From IMG/VR virus record IMGVR_UViG_3300009151_000031: a stretch of 64,000 nucleotides of DNA; one strand, 5' to 3'. The number at the start of each line of letters is the position of its first letter. Within the stretch, counting starts at the first letter, position 1. The position numbers were made by a program, and so were the translations under genes. The notes beneath the pieces were generated by a model. That model had not been told where the DNA came from and made no database searches. It saw only the letters and a list, made by a program, of their open reading frames with translations. This DNA is from a virus. Below, piece after piece: positions 17,609 to 28,039 of this stretch.

Positions 17609-17917
17609 ATGTCAATCATCAACACAGCATTAACAACAACAGCGGCAAACATTTATGTTAGCTCAGGTAATAGTGCCACCACAGTACTTCATTTTTGTAA
17701 CTATGCAAACCTTGGCGCAACTGCTAACGTATGGGTAGTACCAGCTGGTTTAACAGCCAACGCACTAACAATCATTTATTCAAATGTTTCATTGACTGCA
17801 CAAAATACTTTGGTAGTAGACACAGAAAAACTTATTTTAAGCAACGGTGATGCTATTGTTGCCAACGTTAGTATAAATGGGTCAGTGACAGCAACAGTAA
17901 GCTATATTGGAATTTAA
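17609..17917 (+). CDS. Small beta-rich virion protein
   Basis: SD AGGA. Sits in the structural operon and has a beta-sandwich-like composition. Confidence 0.7.
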   Translation: MSIINTALTTTAANIYVSSGNSATTVLHFCNYANLGATANVWVVPAGLTANALTIIYSNVSLTAQNTLVVDTEKLILSNGDAIVANVSINGSVTATVSYIGI

Positions 17918-17919
17918 TA

Positions 17920-18363
17920 ATGGCACGATTTCTTAAAAATCCGGATATCACACGCAGTGGCAAACTTGCCGCACGTTTACCAATGGTACCCAACAACTCA
18001 TACGGCGATGCACCAGTTGACGGCCTGATTAGATATAACCAAGCCACTAGTCGTATTGAATTTTATTACAATGGTACATGGAGCCAAGTTGCCAAAATTG
18101 GAACAGTACAAATAGTGATAGATAATTTTTCCGGTGATGGCGCACAGGTTTTGTTTACGCCAATGGCGCAAGAAGAAACAGACCCAACTGCTATTGCAGT
18201 TTTTGTTGGCGGTGTACATCAACAACCGAACTCTTATACAGTAATACCAGGAAGAACATTACAATTCTTAGGCGGCCCTCCTCCTGGACCAACTGCATTG
18301 TATCCAACACAAAATCAGATTATTGTTATTCATAATCTCAATAGCACTAACGTACCCGCCTAG
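17920..18363 (+). CDS. Baseplate/fibre-associated structural protein
   Basis: GLIRYN...IEFYYNGTW plus FSGDG...AVFVGGVHQQP module, shared with the 20614 and 22275 proteins. Confidence 0.7.
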   Translation: MARFLKNPDITRSGKLAARLPMVPNNSYGDAPVDGLIRYNQATSRIEFYYNGTWSQVAKIGTVQIVIDNFSGDGAQVLFTPMAQEETDPTAIAVFVGGVHQQPNSYTVIPGRTLQFLGGPPPGPTALYPTQNQIIVIHNLNSTNVPA

Positions 18364-18371
18364 GACCACCA

Positions 18372-20612
18372 ATGGCAATAGCATCCTTAGGACGTATTAC
18401 AGGACAGATGCTAAATCAAAACCTGGAAAGATCAGGTGTAAATTTAGTAATCGATGCAAACCTTACTCAATTTGATGTAAGTAATCGTCGCGTTGGTATC
18501 AACACAACCACTCCTGCATATACATTGGATGTAAACGGCAATGCTCACATTGGGAACCTTTACATACTTGGTAATACCGTTACCAGCGACGCTGGTCAAA
18601 TTAAATTTGGGTCTATATCAAATATAAACTTTACTGGTGGAACTAGTAACAATGTTATTATTACAGACGGAACAGGCAATCTAAGTTTTACAAACATTGG
18701 CAGTTTGCCAGATCTGGTTGCCGCAAATATTTCTATTGTTGGTGTTAACGCCAACCTCAATGCGTACGAAACATGGGCAAATGCAACATTTGTAACCACC
18801 GCAGTTGAAAACGAATTAGCGGCAAATGTTGGCGCATACCATATATGGGCCAATGCAAACTTAGCAACACAAACAACAAACATTAATCTTGTTAACGCAA
18901 ACGTAACAGCGGCTAATGCAACTATAGCGGCACTTCAAGGAAATCTAATTCCTCTAGGTTCTAACACATCGCCGGCACTACGCAGTAACGCAGTAACACT
19001 AACAACATCTACTACAGTAACAGACGCTATTTCACAATTAAATTTTGTGCTAGGCAAACTGGTACCTCCAAGCCCGCCACCGTTTCCTGGATCAAGTACA
19101 TTGGCATTAAGCACTGGGGTTTCAACGGGTCGCATTACAAACTTTACTCAAACTGATAACTCAGGGTGGGCAAATCTAAGCGTCGCCGCCAGCACAAGTG
19201 TAAGCGCAACAAGAGTTGCAACTTATGTTGCAGGTACTATTACAACTGTTGGCCCTGGCAACTCCGGTACAGTAACAGCATACCTAAACGGCACAGCCGC
19301 TGGTACAGTTACAATGAATACTGGCAGTCAAAATGGAACTTACAGTAACTTAATTATAGCCAGTGACCAAGACTATTCTGCAGTCATTGGCGGATCCGGG
19401 GGATTCTGGGAAAGCTTCAACGCAAGCCTATCAGGAAATACTATTCCGGCTGGATGGAACCGTGCAAATATTATGCACACATCTGGAACATCAACTAATA
19501 CTATCAATTGGTATTATGATAATTCGTCTCCGGGCACTCCTACATTTAGCAATACAAGTATTGCATTGACATCGAATACTGTAAGCTATTCAAGTACAGT
19601 TCCACATTTTACTAGTTCAGCAACATTTACTATTAAAGGTAACGTTGCTCGACTAAGCGGAGATACATATCCACTGGCAGTCAGTTCTGGATCGTCGACA
19701 TTAGTCACTGGCTCATCGGCTACTGGTTTCCAAGCACCAACAGCAGTAACATACACATCGGCAGGAGTTACAGTTCCATTAACTAGAAACCTATATGTAA
19801 GCTCTGGTAGTGCATATTTTGAAACTACTTCTGCAATATCAACAGGTTTTGGATCATCTACAACTGGCCCAGGATTAAGTGTTACTAATAACTATCTAAC
19901 TGGTACAAGTGGCGCACTAATTGTTAGCGGTACTCCTACTATTCTTTATAAGACTGGTACCAGTACCAACATTGAAGAAACAAGCATTCCTGTTACTAGC
20001 GTAGGTGTTGGGTCAGGCAATGGTCTTCGTATTGCCAATCCGGGTTCGTCTGACAACTCAGCATACACTGGAAGTGAAGCGGCATTTAATAGTACAACTG
20101 GACCATTTTATACATATGATGCTACTAACATTGGTAGTAGTGGACAAGGTATCATTAAATTTGATCAAACAAATTATAGTACCGGCTACTTACCAGTTGG
20201 TCCTAACTTATCTACGCAAGGCGCTAGCCAATATTTTACATTTAAATTTACAAGAACTACAGTACAACGATTTGACGTAGCATACACCGGAACTATTGCT
20301 GGCTTATGGGTAGCATTACCCGGAAGCGCAATTGATACTACAGCTAGCCCAACTAGTGGTTGGTTAAATATGGCTGTTGCCTATGCAGGTAGCGGTGTGC
20401 CTGGTACAGGTACAGGTGGCAACGGATCTGCCGGCTGTGCGTACGGCGGTGTAGCAACATTAAATTCATCAGTAACCAAGAGCGTAACAGCAAACTTTGG
20501 TACAGTACAATCAGGATCTAGCGGAACAAACGCAGGTGATATCTATGTACGTATTAAATTAACAAGCGGTCAAAGTTTGACAGCATTAAGTATAGTAACG
20601 GCGACACACTAA
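18372..20612 (+). CDS. Large Ser/Thr/Gly-rich fibre or structural protein
   Basis: NRRVGINTTTPAYTLDVNG fibre motif, short ANxGAY coiled segment, beta-rich C-terminus. Confidence 0.75.
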   Translation: MAIASLGRITGQMLNQNLERSGVNLVIDANLTQFDVSNRRVGINTTTPAYTLDVNGNAHIGNLYILGNTVTSDAGQIKFGSISNINFTGGTSNNVIITDGTGNLSFTNIGSLPDLVAANISIVGVNANLNAYETWANATFVTTAVENELAANVGAYHIWANANLATQTTNINLVNANVTAANATIAALQGNLIPLGSNTSPALRSNAVTLTTSTTVTDAISQLNFVLGKLVPPSPPPFPGSSTLALSTGVSTGRITNFTQTDNSGWANLSVAASTSVSATRVATYVAGTITTVGPGNSGTVTAYLNGTAAGTVTMNTGSQNGTYSNLIIASDQDYSAVIGGSGGFWESFNASLSGNTIPAGWNRANIMHTSGTSTNTINWYYDNSSPGTPTFSNTSIALTSNTVSYSSTVPHFTSSATFTIKGNVARLSGDTYPLAVSSGSSTLVTGSSATGFQAPTAVTYTSAGVTVPLTRNLYVSSGSAYFETTSAISTGFGSSTTGPGLSVTNNYLTGTSGALIVSGTPTILYKTGTSTNIEETSIPVTSVGVGSGNGLRIANPGSSDNSAYTGSEAAFNSTTGPFYTYDATNIGSSGQGIIKFDQTNYSTGYLPVGPNLSTQGASQYFTFKFTRTTVQRFDVAYTGTIAGLWVALPGSAIDTTASPTSGWLNMAVAYAGSGVPGTGTGGNGSAGCAYGGVATLNSSVTKSVTANFGTVQSGSSGTNAGDIYVRIKLTSGQSLTALSIVTATH

Positions 20613-20613
20613 T

Positions 20614-22128
20614 ATGGCAATTTCAGATAGTCAGAAGGTAGACTTATTATTTAAAAAGGTTGGTTACGGCGTAAGCAAAACCGACACGTCTACCTACAAG
20701 GGTCCTACCGGTGAAGCTAACGCTAGCCCATTGGTAAGCCCTGGCAGTACGATCTATCAACAAGACTATGCTATACCTAGTGGAACTATATTGCCTACAA
20801 GCAATAGTAGTGTTGTTACAGTCTATAGAGATAGTTTAACTAGCACAGTTCAATGTGCTAAATTGCCAACAACCAGCGCCAACGTGTCTTGGACAACAGG
20901 ATTAACAGATTGGATCCCGGTACAATATGGTACTGGTTATCAAGTCAAATTATATGCCGGGCCGTCTGGCAGTTCAACTCCACAAAACTTTATAAGTTTA
21001 CCTGCAGGCGGTTCAGGCAACAACGATGACTGGAATTTTGATTATCAAGCCGGTGTTGTAAACTTTGCTGATACTAACGTTCCTACAGCGGCCAATCAGT
21101 CCGGCAACGTTGTTTATGTAGTTGGTGCAAGATACACTGGTGTTAAAGGTATTACTACTTTTGCTAATTTACAAGTTGCTAACATTTCAATTAATGGTAA
21201 TACCATTACAGGTAATACTGGTATTACATTTGGTGGCAATGTTACAGCAGGCAACATTATATCTACCACTGTTTATAGTAATATTATTGGCACGTTGGCT
21301 ACTATTACATCTAATGTAACTGCCGGCAATGTTATTTCTAACTTGTACGGAAACCTAATAGGAACATCAGTAACCCTATCTGGCAACCTAACTGCTGGTA
21401 ACTTAATAACATTAGGTAATGCTTATGTTGGCAATTTAACAGTTACTAACTTAGAAATAGACCAAGGCAATATTATTGCCGGCAATGTAACTAGTACATT
21501 TTATGGAAATAGTTTTGCTACTACGTATGCTAACATTTACACAGATTACATCACACCAAATCAAACAACAACAACAACATTTAATTCATCAACTGCTATT
21601 AGATTGCCAATTGGCGGAAATATTGCTAGACCCAACACACCATCCTCGGGACAAATTCGTTATAACAGTGACTACAATACAGTAGAATTTTATAATGGAA
21701 CCAATTGGATAAGTGTTGTAACAAATATCAGCGGACAAAACTTTTTTGGTGATGGATCTGCTACATTTACACTAGACCAAGTAACAACCGCCAATGGTAT
21801 TCTAGTAAGTATTAACGGTACTGTGCAACAACCTTTATTTGCGTATAACGTAACCGGTGATCAAATTACATTTACAGAAACTCCTTTAGTAACCGACCAA
21901 ATTGACATACGTTTTTTAGCCGCCTCAATTGTAATAGATAATATTTTTAACACTGACATTAGTGTTGCAGGAAATATTACATTAACTGGTTTATTATCTG
22001 CACCGCAAACAACAAAGGCAAGTAATGCAATTGGTACAATTGGTCAAATGTGTTGGGATGCCAACTACATTTATATATGTACTGCTACAAATACATGGAA
22101 AAGATCGCCGTTGACCGGTGGGTATTAA
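20614..22128 (+). CDS. Fibre/baseplate structural protein
   Basis: Repeated NVTAGN/NLTAGN triple-beta motifs, GQIRYN module, C-terminal GQMCWDANYIYIC...WKR. Confidence 0.75.
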   Translation: MAISDSQKVDLLFKKVGYGVSKTDTSTYKGPTGEANASPLVSPGSTIYQQDYAIPSGTILPTSNSSVVTVYRDSLTSTVQCAKLPTTSANVSWTTGLTDWIPVQYGTGYQVKLYAGPSGSSTPQNFISLPAGGSGNNDDWNFDYQAGVVNFADTNVPTAANQSGNVVYVVGARYTGVKGITTFANLQVANISINGNTITGNTGITFGGNVTAGNIISTTVYSNIIGTLATITSNVTAGNVISNLYGNLIGTSVTLSGNLTAGNLITLGNAYVGNLTVTNLEIDQGNIIAGNVTSTFYGNSFATTYANIYTDYITPNQTTTTTFNSSTAIRLPIGGNIARPNTPSSGQIRYNSDYNTVEFYNGTNWISVVTNISGQNFFGDGSATFTLDQVTTANGILVSINGTVQQPLFAYNVTGDQITFTETPLVTDQIDIRFLAASIVIDNIFNTDISVAGNITLTGLLSAPQTTKASNAIGTIGQMCWDANYIYICTATNTWKRSPLTGGY

Positions 22129-22181
22129 TAATAACTGCTAAATAGTTTTATAGAAGTTCACTTGTCTCGCACAACTCAACC

Positions 22182-22266
22182 GCACCGAGCCTAGCGCAAC
22201 GTAATCCGAAATTACACGGTGCAAACCCAAAAACTCCCATATTCGATAAATACATTATATAGGGAG
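22182..22266 (+). promoter_or_regulatory. Structured leader plus SD-occluding hairpin with a late promoter in its loop
   Basis: GCACCG/CGGTGC (22182-22222) encloses GTAAT/ATTAC. CTCCC-ATAT/ATAT-A-GGGAG (22234-22266) has TAAATA at 22247-22252 in the loop. Confidence 0.55.
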
Positions 22267-22274
22267 CTTTCAGC

Positions 22275-25200
22275 ATGGCAAACAATTTAACAAGAATACA
22301 AAATAACCAGATTACTGACAGTACGATCCAAGCGCAGGCCAAATTGGCCGCAGGATCGATCACCGGTAACTTGCTAGCAAGCACAGTAACCTTTAACAGT
22401 AATATTACAATTCTTGGCAATTTAACTGTAGCAAATAGCTATACTCAGTTAAACTCAATTAACACATACATCAATGACCCGGTGGTTGTTTTCAACAATA
22501 ACTATGTTGGATCATTAACCAATTACGATATTGGTATTCTTGTCAATCGTAACTTGGCCAGTTTGGGTGCATATGGCTCAGTAAACACATTCTTAGGTTG
22601 GAGCGAACAGTCTCAGGCCTTTATTGCAGTAGCAACAACAGAAACTGGTACAGCAGTAAGCAGTATCAACAACAGCGGGTACGCCAACGTAAGCATTGGT
22701 AATTTAGTAGCAGTAGCAGGATCATTTAGCGGAGCGATTACTGCTCCTGCCGCAACGATTACAACAGTAAATTCTACAAATGGCAACGTTACAACACTAT
22801 ACTCGACTAACTTTAGTTCAGGTAATGCTAGAATTTCCAGTGGCTACGCTGATAATTTTGCAATTGGCGCAAATGCAACGGCAACCGGCGCATTCACAAC
22901 ATTAAGCACCAGCGGTAATGCAACCATTGTTGGTAATATTGCTATTACAGGTAATATTGTTCCAAGTGCAAACGTAACTTATAGTTTGGGTACCAGTGCC
23001 AATAGATTTAAAGACTTATGGTTAAGCGGTAGCACAATGTACCTAGGTGGATTTACCTTGAGTGAAGAGGCCAGTGGTAATGTAAACTTTACATCAGCAA
23101 ATGGTAACCGCTTAACAATCGTTGGTACTACAGCAAACACAGTACAAGCAACTGGTAATATTATAACTCCTTATGTATTAGGTAGTATTGTTGGCCCAAC
23201 TGCAACTATTACAACCAGCGCAAGCATAACTGGCACTGGCGCAAGCACAAGCACAACAACCGGCGCACTAGTAGTGGCAGGTGGTGCTGGCATTGCTGGA
23301 AATATCAACATAGGACAATTGACTAGTTTACATAACATTCGTGGTAACTTATTAATTGGTCAAGGTTCTGTACAAGACTCTGCAGACTCTGCACTAACTA
23401 TTAACTTAAACACAGATACTCCATTGGTATCTAACGCAACAGTTCACTTGTCTGGTGCAACTGGTAAAAATGCAACATACGGCGCCGACTCGTTTGGCGG
23501 ATCTGGAAACTTATCGATATACTTAGGACGTCATGCACGAGGTACAAGTACAAGCCCAACAGCAGTACAGGCACTGGATGCCATTGCTGGATTCCTTGGT
23601 CGTGGTTACGGTGCAACTGGATACAATACCAATGCGGCAAACATAAATCCAGGTATGACAATTTATGCCGCAGAAAATTTCACTGATTCTGCACAAGGCA
23701 CAGGTATCAACATTACTTACATACCAACCGGTAGCCTTACAGCAATTACAGGTATCAAAATTGATCCGTCAACAGGCGGCGGTAATGTGCTTATCCCAGC
23801 AACAACAACAAGTACAAGTACAACAACTGGTGCATTGGTTGTTAGTGGTGGTATTGGTGTCAACGGCAATTCAACATTTGGTGCCAATTTAACAGTCAAC
23901 GGCAACGCTATTATTCAAGGCGGCCTAGTTGTTAACGGTACATTTGAGTATATTAACTCAACTATTACAACACACGTTGATCCAGTATTAGAATTAAACA
24001 CTGGTGTAAATGGCGCACCATTGGCAGCTGACAACTTGGCTGACGTTGGTTTAAAGATGCACTACTACAATGGTGCAGATAGAATTTCGTTTATTGGTCG
24101 TGCGTATGATACAGGATTCTTAGAATACTACGCACTTGGTACAGAAAGTGGCAATACTTTCAGCGGTACTTATGGCACAGTTAAATCTGGTGCATTGTAC
24201 CTGGCTAACACTTCTACTGCAACAGGCTTTACTCCGTCGAATGCCGGGGCATTATATGTAGCAGGCGGCGCAGGCATTGCCGGCGACCTATATGTTGCAA
24301 AAGAAGTACATGGCGGCAATGGATATTTTGCCAGTATTAATAACACACCAATTGGTAATGCAACACCAACTACTGGTGCATTTACAACTGTAACAGCAAT
24401 AACAAGTAGTCCAACTAACCTAAATGCCACATTTGGTAACATTACAACATTGTATGCTCAGAACTTTAGTTCTGGTAATGCAGTTATCACAGGCGGTAGT
24501 GTTAACGGTAGCCCAATTGGCGCAAGTTCAGCAAGCACTGGTGCATTTACAACTGTAACTGCTTCGGGTACAGCCATTGTGTCTGGCAACATTGTTGCTG
24601 GTAGTGGTACAGCAAGTACAAACACAACAACAGGTGCTTTAGTGGTTGTTGGCGGCGCAGGCGTAAGCGGTAATGCTACAATTGGTGGTGACACAGTGAT
24701 TACTGGCGATGCGTATGTTCAGGGTGGTGACATCTGGACAAGTGCAACAACATTTAACCTAGTAAATGCAACTGCTACCACAGTTAACTTTGCTGGTGCC
24801 GCAACAACATTGAATACTGGTAATGCTAGTGGCACAACCAACATGGCTGGTGTGGTTAAAGCAAGCGGAAATATTGTAGCCGCAAGTGGTACAGCAAGTA
24901 CTAACACAACAACTGGCGCTCTTGTAGTAACAGGCGGTGCTGGTATTAGCGGCGCTGTAAACATTGGCGGTAATGTAACACATGCCAACGCAACAATATT
25001 CAACACAGCACAAGCGGCTGGCATGGACACAGTTATTAAAGGTGCCAATGATAGTACATTACTATGGGCACGTCCAAACGCCACATACGATTCTGTAATC
25101 ATTGGTAATTCTGCAACAGCAGGTACAGCAGTACGCGGTGCCAAGTTGGTTATTAACTCTAGTGATTCAATTATATTACCGGTTGGTACCAACGCACAAC

Positions 25201-25970
25201 GTCCAAGTAGTTCCGGCGGCACTGATGTTGCAGGTATGTTGCGTTACAACTCAACCAGCGCATCAGTTGAAGCATATACAGGTTCGCAGTGGACATCATT
25301 CTCAACAGCGTTTACAATTATTGCTGACAATCAGTTTACAGGCACAGGTAGTCAAACCGCATTTACACTAGCAACAGCACAGACAACTGCAAGTTGTATT
25401 GTAAGTATCAACGGTGTGGTACAGATTCCAACTCTGGCTTACTCGGTAAGCGGCACAACATTGACATTTACAGAAGCTCCAGCAAGCACAGACATTATTG
25501 ATGTGCGTATGTTGACAACTACCACAACAGTATTTGGTGTTGCAAGTGTCAACGGGTACATGCAGGTACAAGTTGATAACAGTGGTGTTTATGTCTACAC
25601 TGGATCAGTTGATACAAATGTAACTACATACTGGAATACAGCTGGTGCAGAAGTCAACACTCGTGGTAATGTAACCACAAGTACAACAGGAAATACCACA
25701 ATAGATAGTTTCTCTTCAACTGTATACAGTTCAGCAGAGTACCTAATTACATCAACAATCAGTGGTACAAACATACGTGAATTGACTAAGATTTTAGTTG
25801 TCACAGACGGAACTAACGCATACCGTACAGTTTATGGCGTAACCGGCACAGCTGGTAACACATTAACAACTTGGAGTGCAAACGTGTCGGGAGGTACCGT
25901 AACATTATGGGGCGCCTCGACAAATGCAAACACGATTTATCGTGTTAAGAAAGATTATCAAGCAATTTAA
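22275..25970 (+). CDS. Long tail fibre-like protein (1231 aa)
   Basis: Several STxTTTGALVVxGGxGIxG repeats, SANVTYSLG...RFKDLWLSG module, DPVLELN module, C-terminal IDSF...SAEY...TDGTNAY domain. Confidence 0.82.
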   Translation: MANNLTRIQNNQITDSTIQAQAKLAAGSITGNLLASTVTFNSNITILGNLTVANSYTQLNSINTYINDPVVVFNNNYVGSLTNYDIGILVNRNLASLGAYGSVNTFLGWSEQSQAFIAVATTETGTAVSSINNSGYANVSIGNLVAVAGSFSGAITAPAATITTVNSTNGNVTTLYSTNFSSGNARISSGYADNFAIGANATATGAFTTLSTSGNATIVGNIAITGNIVPSANVTYSLGTSANRFKDLWLSGSTMYLGGFTLSEEASGNVNFTSANGNRLTIVGTTANTVQATGNIITPYVLGSIVGPTATITTSASITGTGASTSTTTGALVVAGGAGIAGNINIGQLTSLHNIRGNLLIGQGSVQDSADSALTINLNTDTPLVSNATVHLSGATGKNATYGADSFGGSGNLSIYLGRHARGTSTSPTAVQALDAIAGFLGRGYGATGYNTNAANINPGMTIYAAENFTDSAQGTGINITYIPTGSLTAITGIKIDPSTGGGNVLIPATTTSTSTTTGALVVSGGIGVNGNSTFGANLTVNGNAIIQGGLVVNGTFEYINSTITTHVDPVLELNTGVNGAPLAADNLADVGLKMHYYNGADRISFIGRAYDTGFLEYYALGTESGNTFSGTYGTVKSGALYLANTSTATGFTPSNAGALYVAGGAGIAGDLYVAKEVHGGNGYFASINNTPIGNATPTTGAFTTVTAITSSPTNLNATFGNITTLYAQNFSSGNAVITGGSVNGSPIGASSASTGAFTTVTASGTAIVSGNIVAGSGTASTNTTTGALVVVGGAGVSGNATIGGDTVITGDAYVQGGDIWTSATTFNLVNATATTVNFAGAATTLNTGNASGTTNMAGVVKASGNIVAASGTASTNTTTGALVVTGGAGISGAVNIGGNVTHANATIFNTAQAAGMDTVIKGANDSTLLWARPNATYDSVIIGNSATAGTAVRGAKLVINSSDSIILPVGTNAQRPSSSGGTDVAGMLRYNSTSASVEAYTGSQWTSFSTAFTIIADNQFTGTGSQTAFTLATAQTTASCIVSINGVVQIPTLAYSVSGTTLTFTEAPASTDIIDVRMLTTTTTVFGVASVNGYMQVQVDNSGVYVYTGSVDTNVTTYWNTAGAEVNTRGNVTTSTTGNTTIDSFSSTVYSSAEYLITSTISGTNIRELTKILVVTDGTNAYRTVYGVTGTAGNTLTTWSANVSGGTVTLWGASTNANTIYRVKKDYQAI

Positions 25971-25994
25971 TAGCCAACAGGGAGATATGGAACT

Positions 25995-27311
25995 ATGGCA
26001 AATAGCAACTTCGTAGTACACAATGGACTTACAGTAGGTCCGTTGACAATTGATGCCGCAAGTGGCACATTAACAACAACTGGTCCTATTGTTAGTACCA
26101 GTACAACGCCAGCTGTATTCAGCGGCGCTAACCTTGTCGCGTCTAGCGGCACAGCTAGTACAACAACAGCCACGGGTGCGTTAGTTGTAGTTGGTGGCTT
26201 AGGCGTTAGCGGAAACGTTAACATTGGTGGCGATGTTAATATTAGTGGTAACATAAGTGTTACTGGTAATAGCGTAAACATTGGATCAACAACATTATCG
26301 GTTCAAGATCCAATTATTAACTTAAACACCACAAGTGATTTAACACCATTATCGTCGCCAACAGCAGTTGATATTGGACTTAAATTCCACTTTTATGATC
26401 AAGGAGCAGACCAACACGGTTTCTTGGGTCGTGCAGTTGACAGCAAATTCTTAGAATTCTACGGTGCTGGTAACGATTCAGGAAACGTATTTGCTGGAAC
26501 AGCATACGGTACAATTAAAGCTGGTGAATTTTTAGCGGCTAACAGTACTTCTGCAACAAGTTCAACAACTGGTGCAATTCGCGCAGTTGGCGGCATCAGC
26601 ACACAAGGTAACTTGTATGTTGGTTCTGGTGCTTACTTTGCCAACACAAAATCTATTGCAACAGCAGTCACTACTTCCAGTGGTACAGCACCAACTGCAA
26701 CAGTCAGCAAGTTGGGAGACCTATGGTACGATACTGCCACAGATACAACATATCAATATCTCAACGACGGAACAGGTACATACTGGATTGATACAACATC
26801 AGTTCCTTATAACTATCAAGCAAACATAACAGTTACAGCCGGTACATTGACAGTCAGCGGCAACGGTAGTATCGGCAACTTGACAGTGAGTGGTGTATTA
26901 AATGCCACAGCAACTTCAGCACAATACGCTGACTTGGCAGAGTTATATGCAACCGATACAAACTATACAGCAGGTACAGTGGTTGTGTTTGGCGGCGACG
27001 CTGAAGTCACACAATCAACAGTAGATCATGATTCGCGTGTGGCTGGAGTTATTAGTACAACACCAGCATACTTGATGAATGCTCAGTGGCCAGTTGGCAC
27101 TTACCATCCAGTGGCGTTGACAGGTCGTGTTCCATGTCTAGTACAAGGTCCAGTAACAAAAGGGCAAGTGCTGGTAACTGGTACAGAACCTGGAACAGCA
27201 ATGGCAATTGATGCCAGCAAGTTTCAACCAGGCGTGGTAATTGGTAAGAGTTTAGAAACAATAACAGATAACAGCGTTCAGACTATTGAAGTTGCTGTAG
27301 GGAGATTTTAA
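25995..27311 (+). CDS. Fibre protein with C-terminal peptidase G2-like intramolecular chaperone domain
   Basis: TGALVV repeats. QYADLAE...GTVVVFGG...AGVIS...ALTGRVP...VIGKSL. Confidence 0.78.
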   Translation: MANSNFVVHNGLTVGPLTIDAASGTLTTTGPIVSTSTTPAVFSGANLVASSGTASTTTATGALVVVGGLGVSGNVNIGGDVNISGNISVTGNSVNIGSTTLSVQDPIINLNTTSDLTPLSSPTAVDIGLKFHFYDQGADQHGFLGRAVDSKFLEFYGAGNDSGNVFAGTAYGTIKAGEFLAANSTSATSSTTGAIRAVGGISTQGNLYVGSGAYFANTKSIATAVTTSSGTAPTATVSKLGDLWYDTATDTTYQYLNDGTGTYWIDTTSVPYNYQANITVTAGTLTVSGNGSIGNLTVSGVLNATATSAQYADLAELYATDTNYTAGTVVVFGGDAEVTQSTVDHDSRVAGVISTTPAYLMNAQWPVGTYHPVALTGRVPCLVQGPVTKGQVLVTGTEPGTAMAIDASKFQPGVVIGKSLETITDNSVQTIEVAVGRF

Positions 27312-27313
27312 TC

Positions 27314-27949
27314 ATGGCATTTCCATCAAGTCCAACAAACGGTCAGTTAGCTACAGTTAACAATATCACATACACTTACGCGAGTGCAACTAACTCATGG
27401 AAGCGTAATGGTATTACTTCAGGTTCTAACTTACAAATCAACAGTTTAGTCATTAACAGCTCAACCAACGCAACAAGTACAACCAGTGGCGCCCTACAAG
27501 TAACAGGTGGTGCAGGCTTTGGCGGTAACGTGTACATTGGTAGCACACTTTTTGGTACAGCAACTTCGGCAAAATACGCTGACTTGGCTGAAAACTATCA
27601 AGGCGATAAACCATACACTCCTGGTACAGTAGTTATGTTTGGTGGAGCCGCAGAAATCACAGTAGCCGATGCTGATAGTACAGCAGTAGCCGGTGTTATT
27701 TCTACCAATCCAGCACACCTAATGAACGGTGCATTGAGTGGTCCTAGCGTGGCTCCTGTAGCATTTACTGGTCGAGTACCATGTAATGTTATTGGTCCAG
27801 TTAAGAAAGGCGATTTAATGGTATCAGCGGGCTTTGGCTTTGCTAAAGTTAACAACAAACCGGCTGTGGGTAGTGTAATTGGTAAAGCATTACAAGACTA
27901 TCCAGTTAATGGTAAAGGTGTTATTGAAGTAGTAGTTGGCCGTTTCTAA
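27314..27949 (+). CDS. Short fibre protein with peptidase G2-like chaperone domain
   Basis: MAFPSSPTNG N-terminus. KYADLAE...GRVPC...KGDLMVS...VIGKAL. Confidence 0.78.
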   Translation: MAFPSSPTNGQLATVNNITYTYASATNSWKRNGITSGSNLQINSLVINSSTNATSTTSGALQVTGGAGFGGNVYIGSTLFGTATSAKYADLAENYQGDKPYTPGTVVMFGGAAEITVADADSTAVAGVISTNPAHLMNGALSGPSVAPVAFTGRVPCNVIGPVKKGDLMVSAGFGFAKVNNKPAVGSVIGKALQDYPVNGKGVIEVVVGRF

Positions 27950-27966
27950 ATCAACTTAACTTATAC

Positions 27967-27996
27967 AAACAAAGGGCCTGTGGGCCCTTTTGTTTT
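27967..27996 (+). terminator. Intrinsic terminator
   Basis: AAAGGGCC-TGTG-GGCCCTTT-TGTTTT. Confidence 0.85.
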
Positions 27997-28039
27997 GACT
28001 ACGCAGGCGATAAATACACAATAATACGGAATTTACATA

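Noticed and set aside
22160-22232. c-di-GMP-I riboswitch suggested by GCAAACC
   Set aside because: The GGGACGCAAAG half and the GNRA/receptor architecture are missing.
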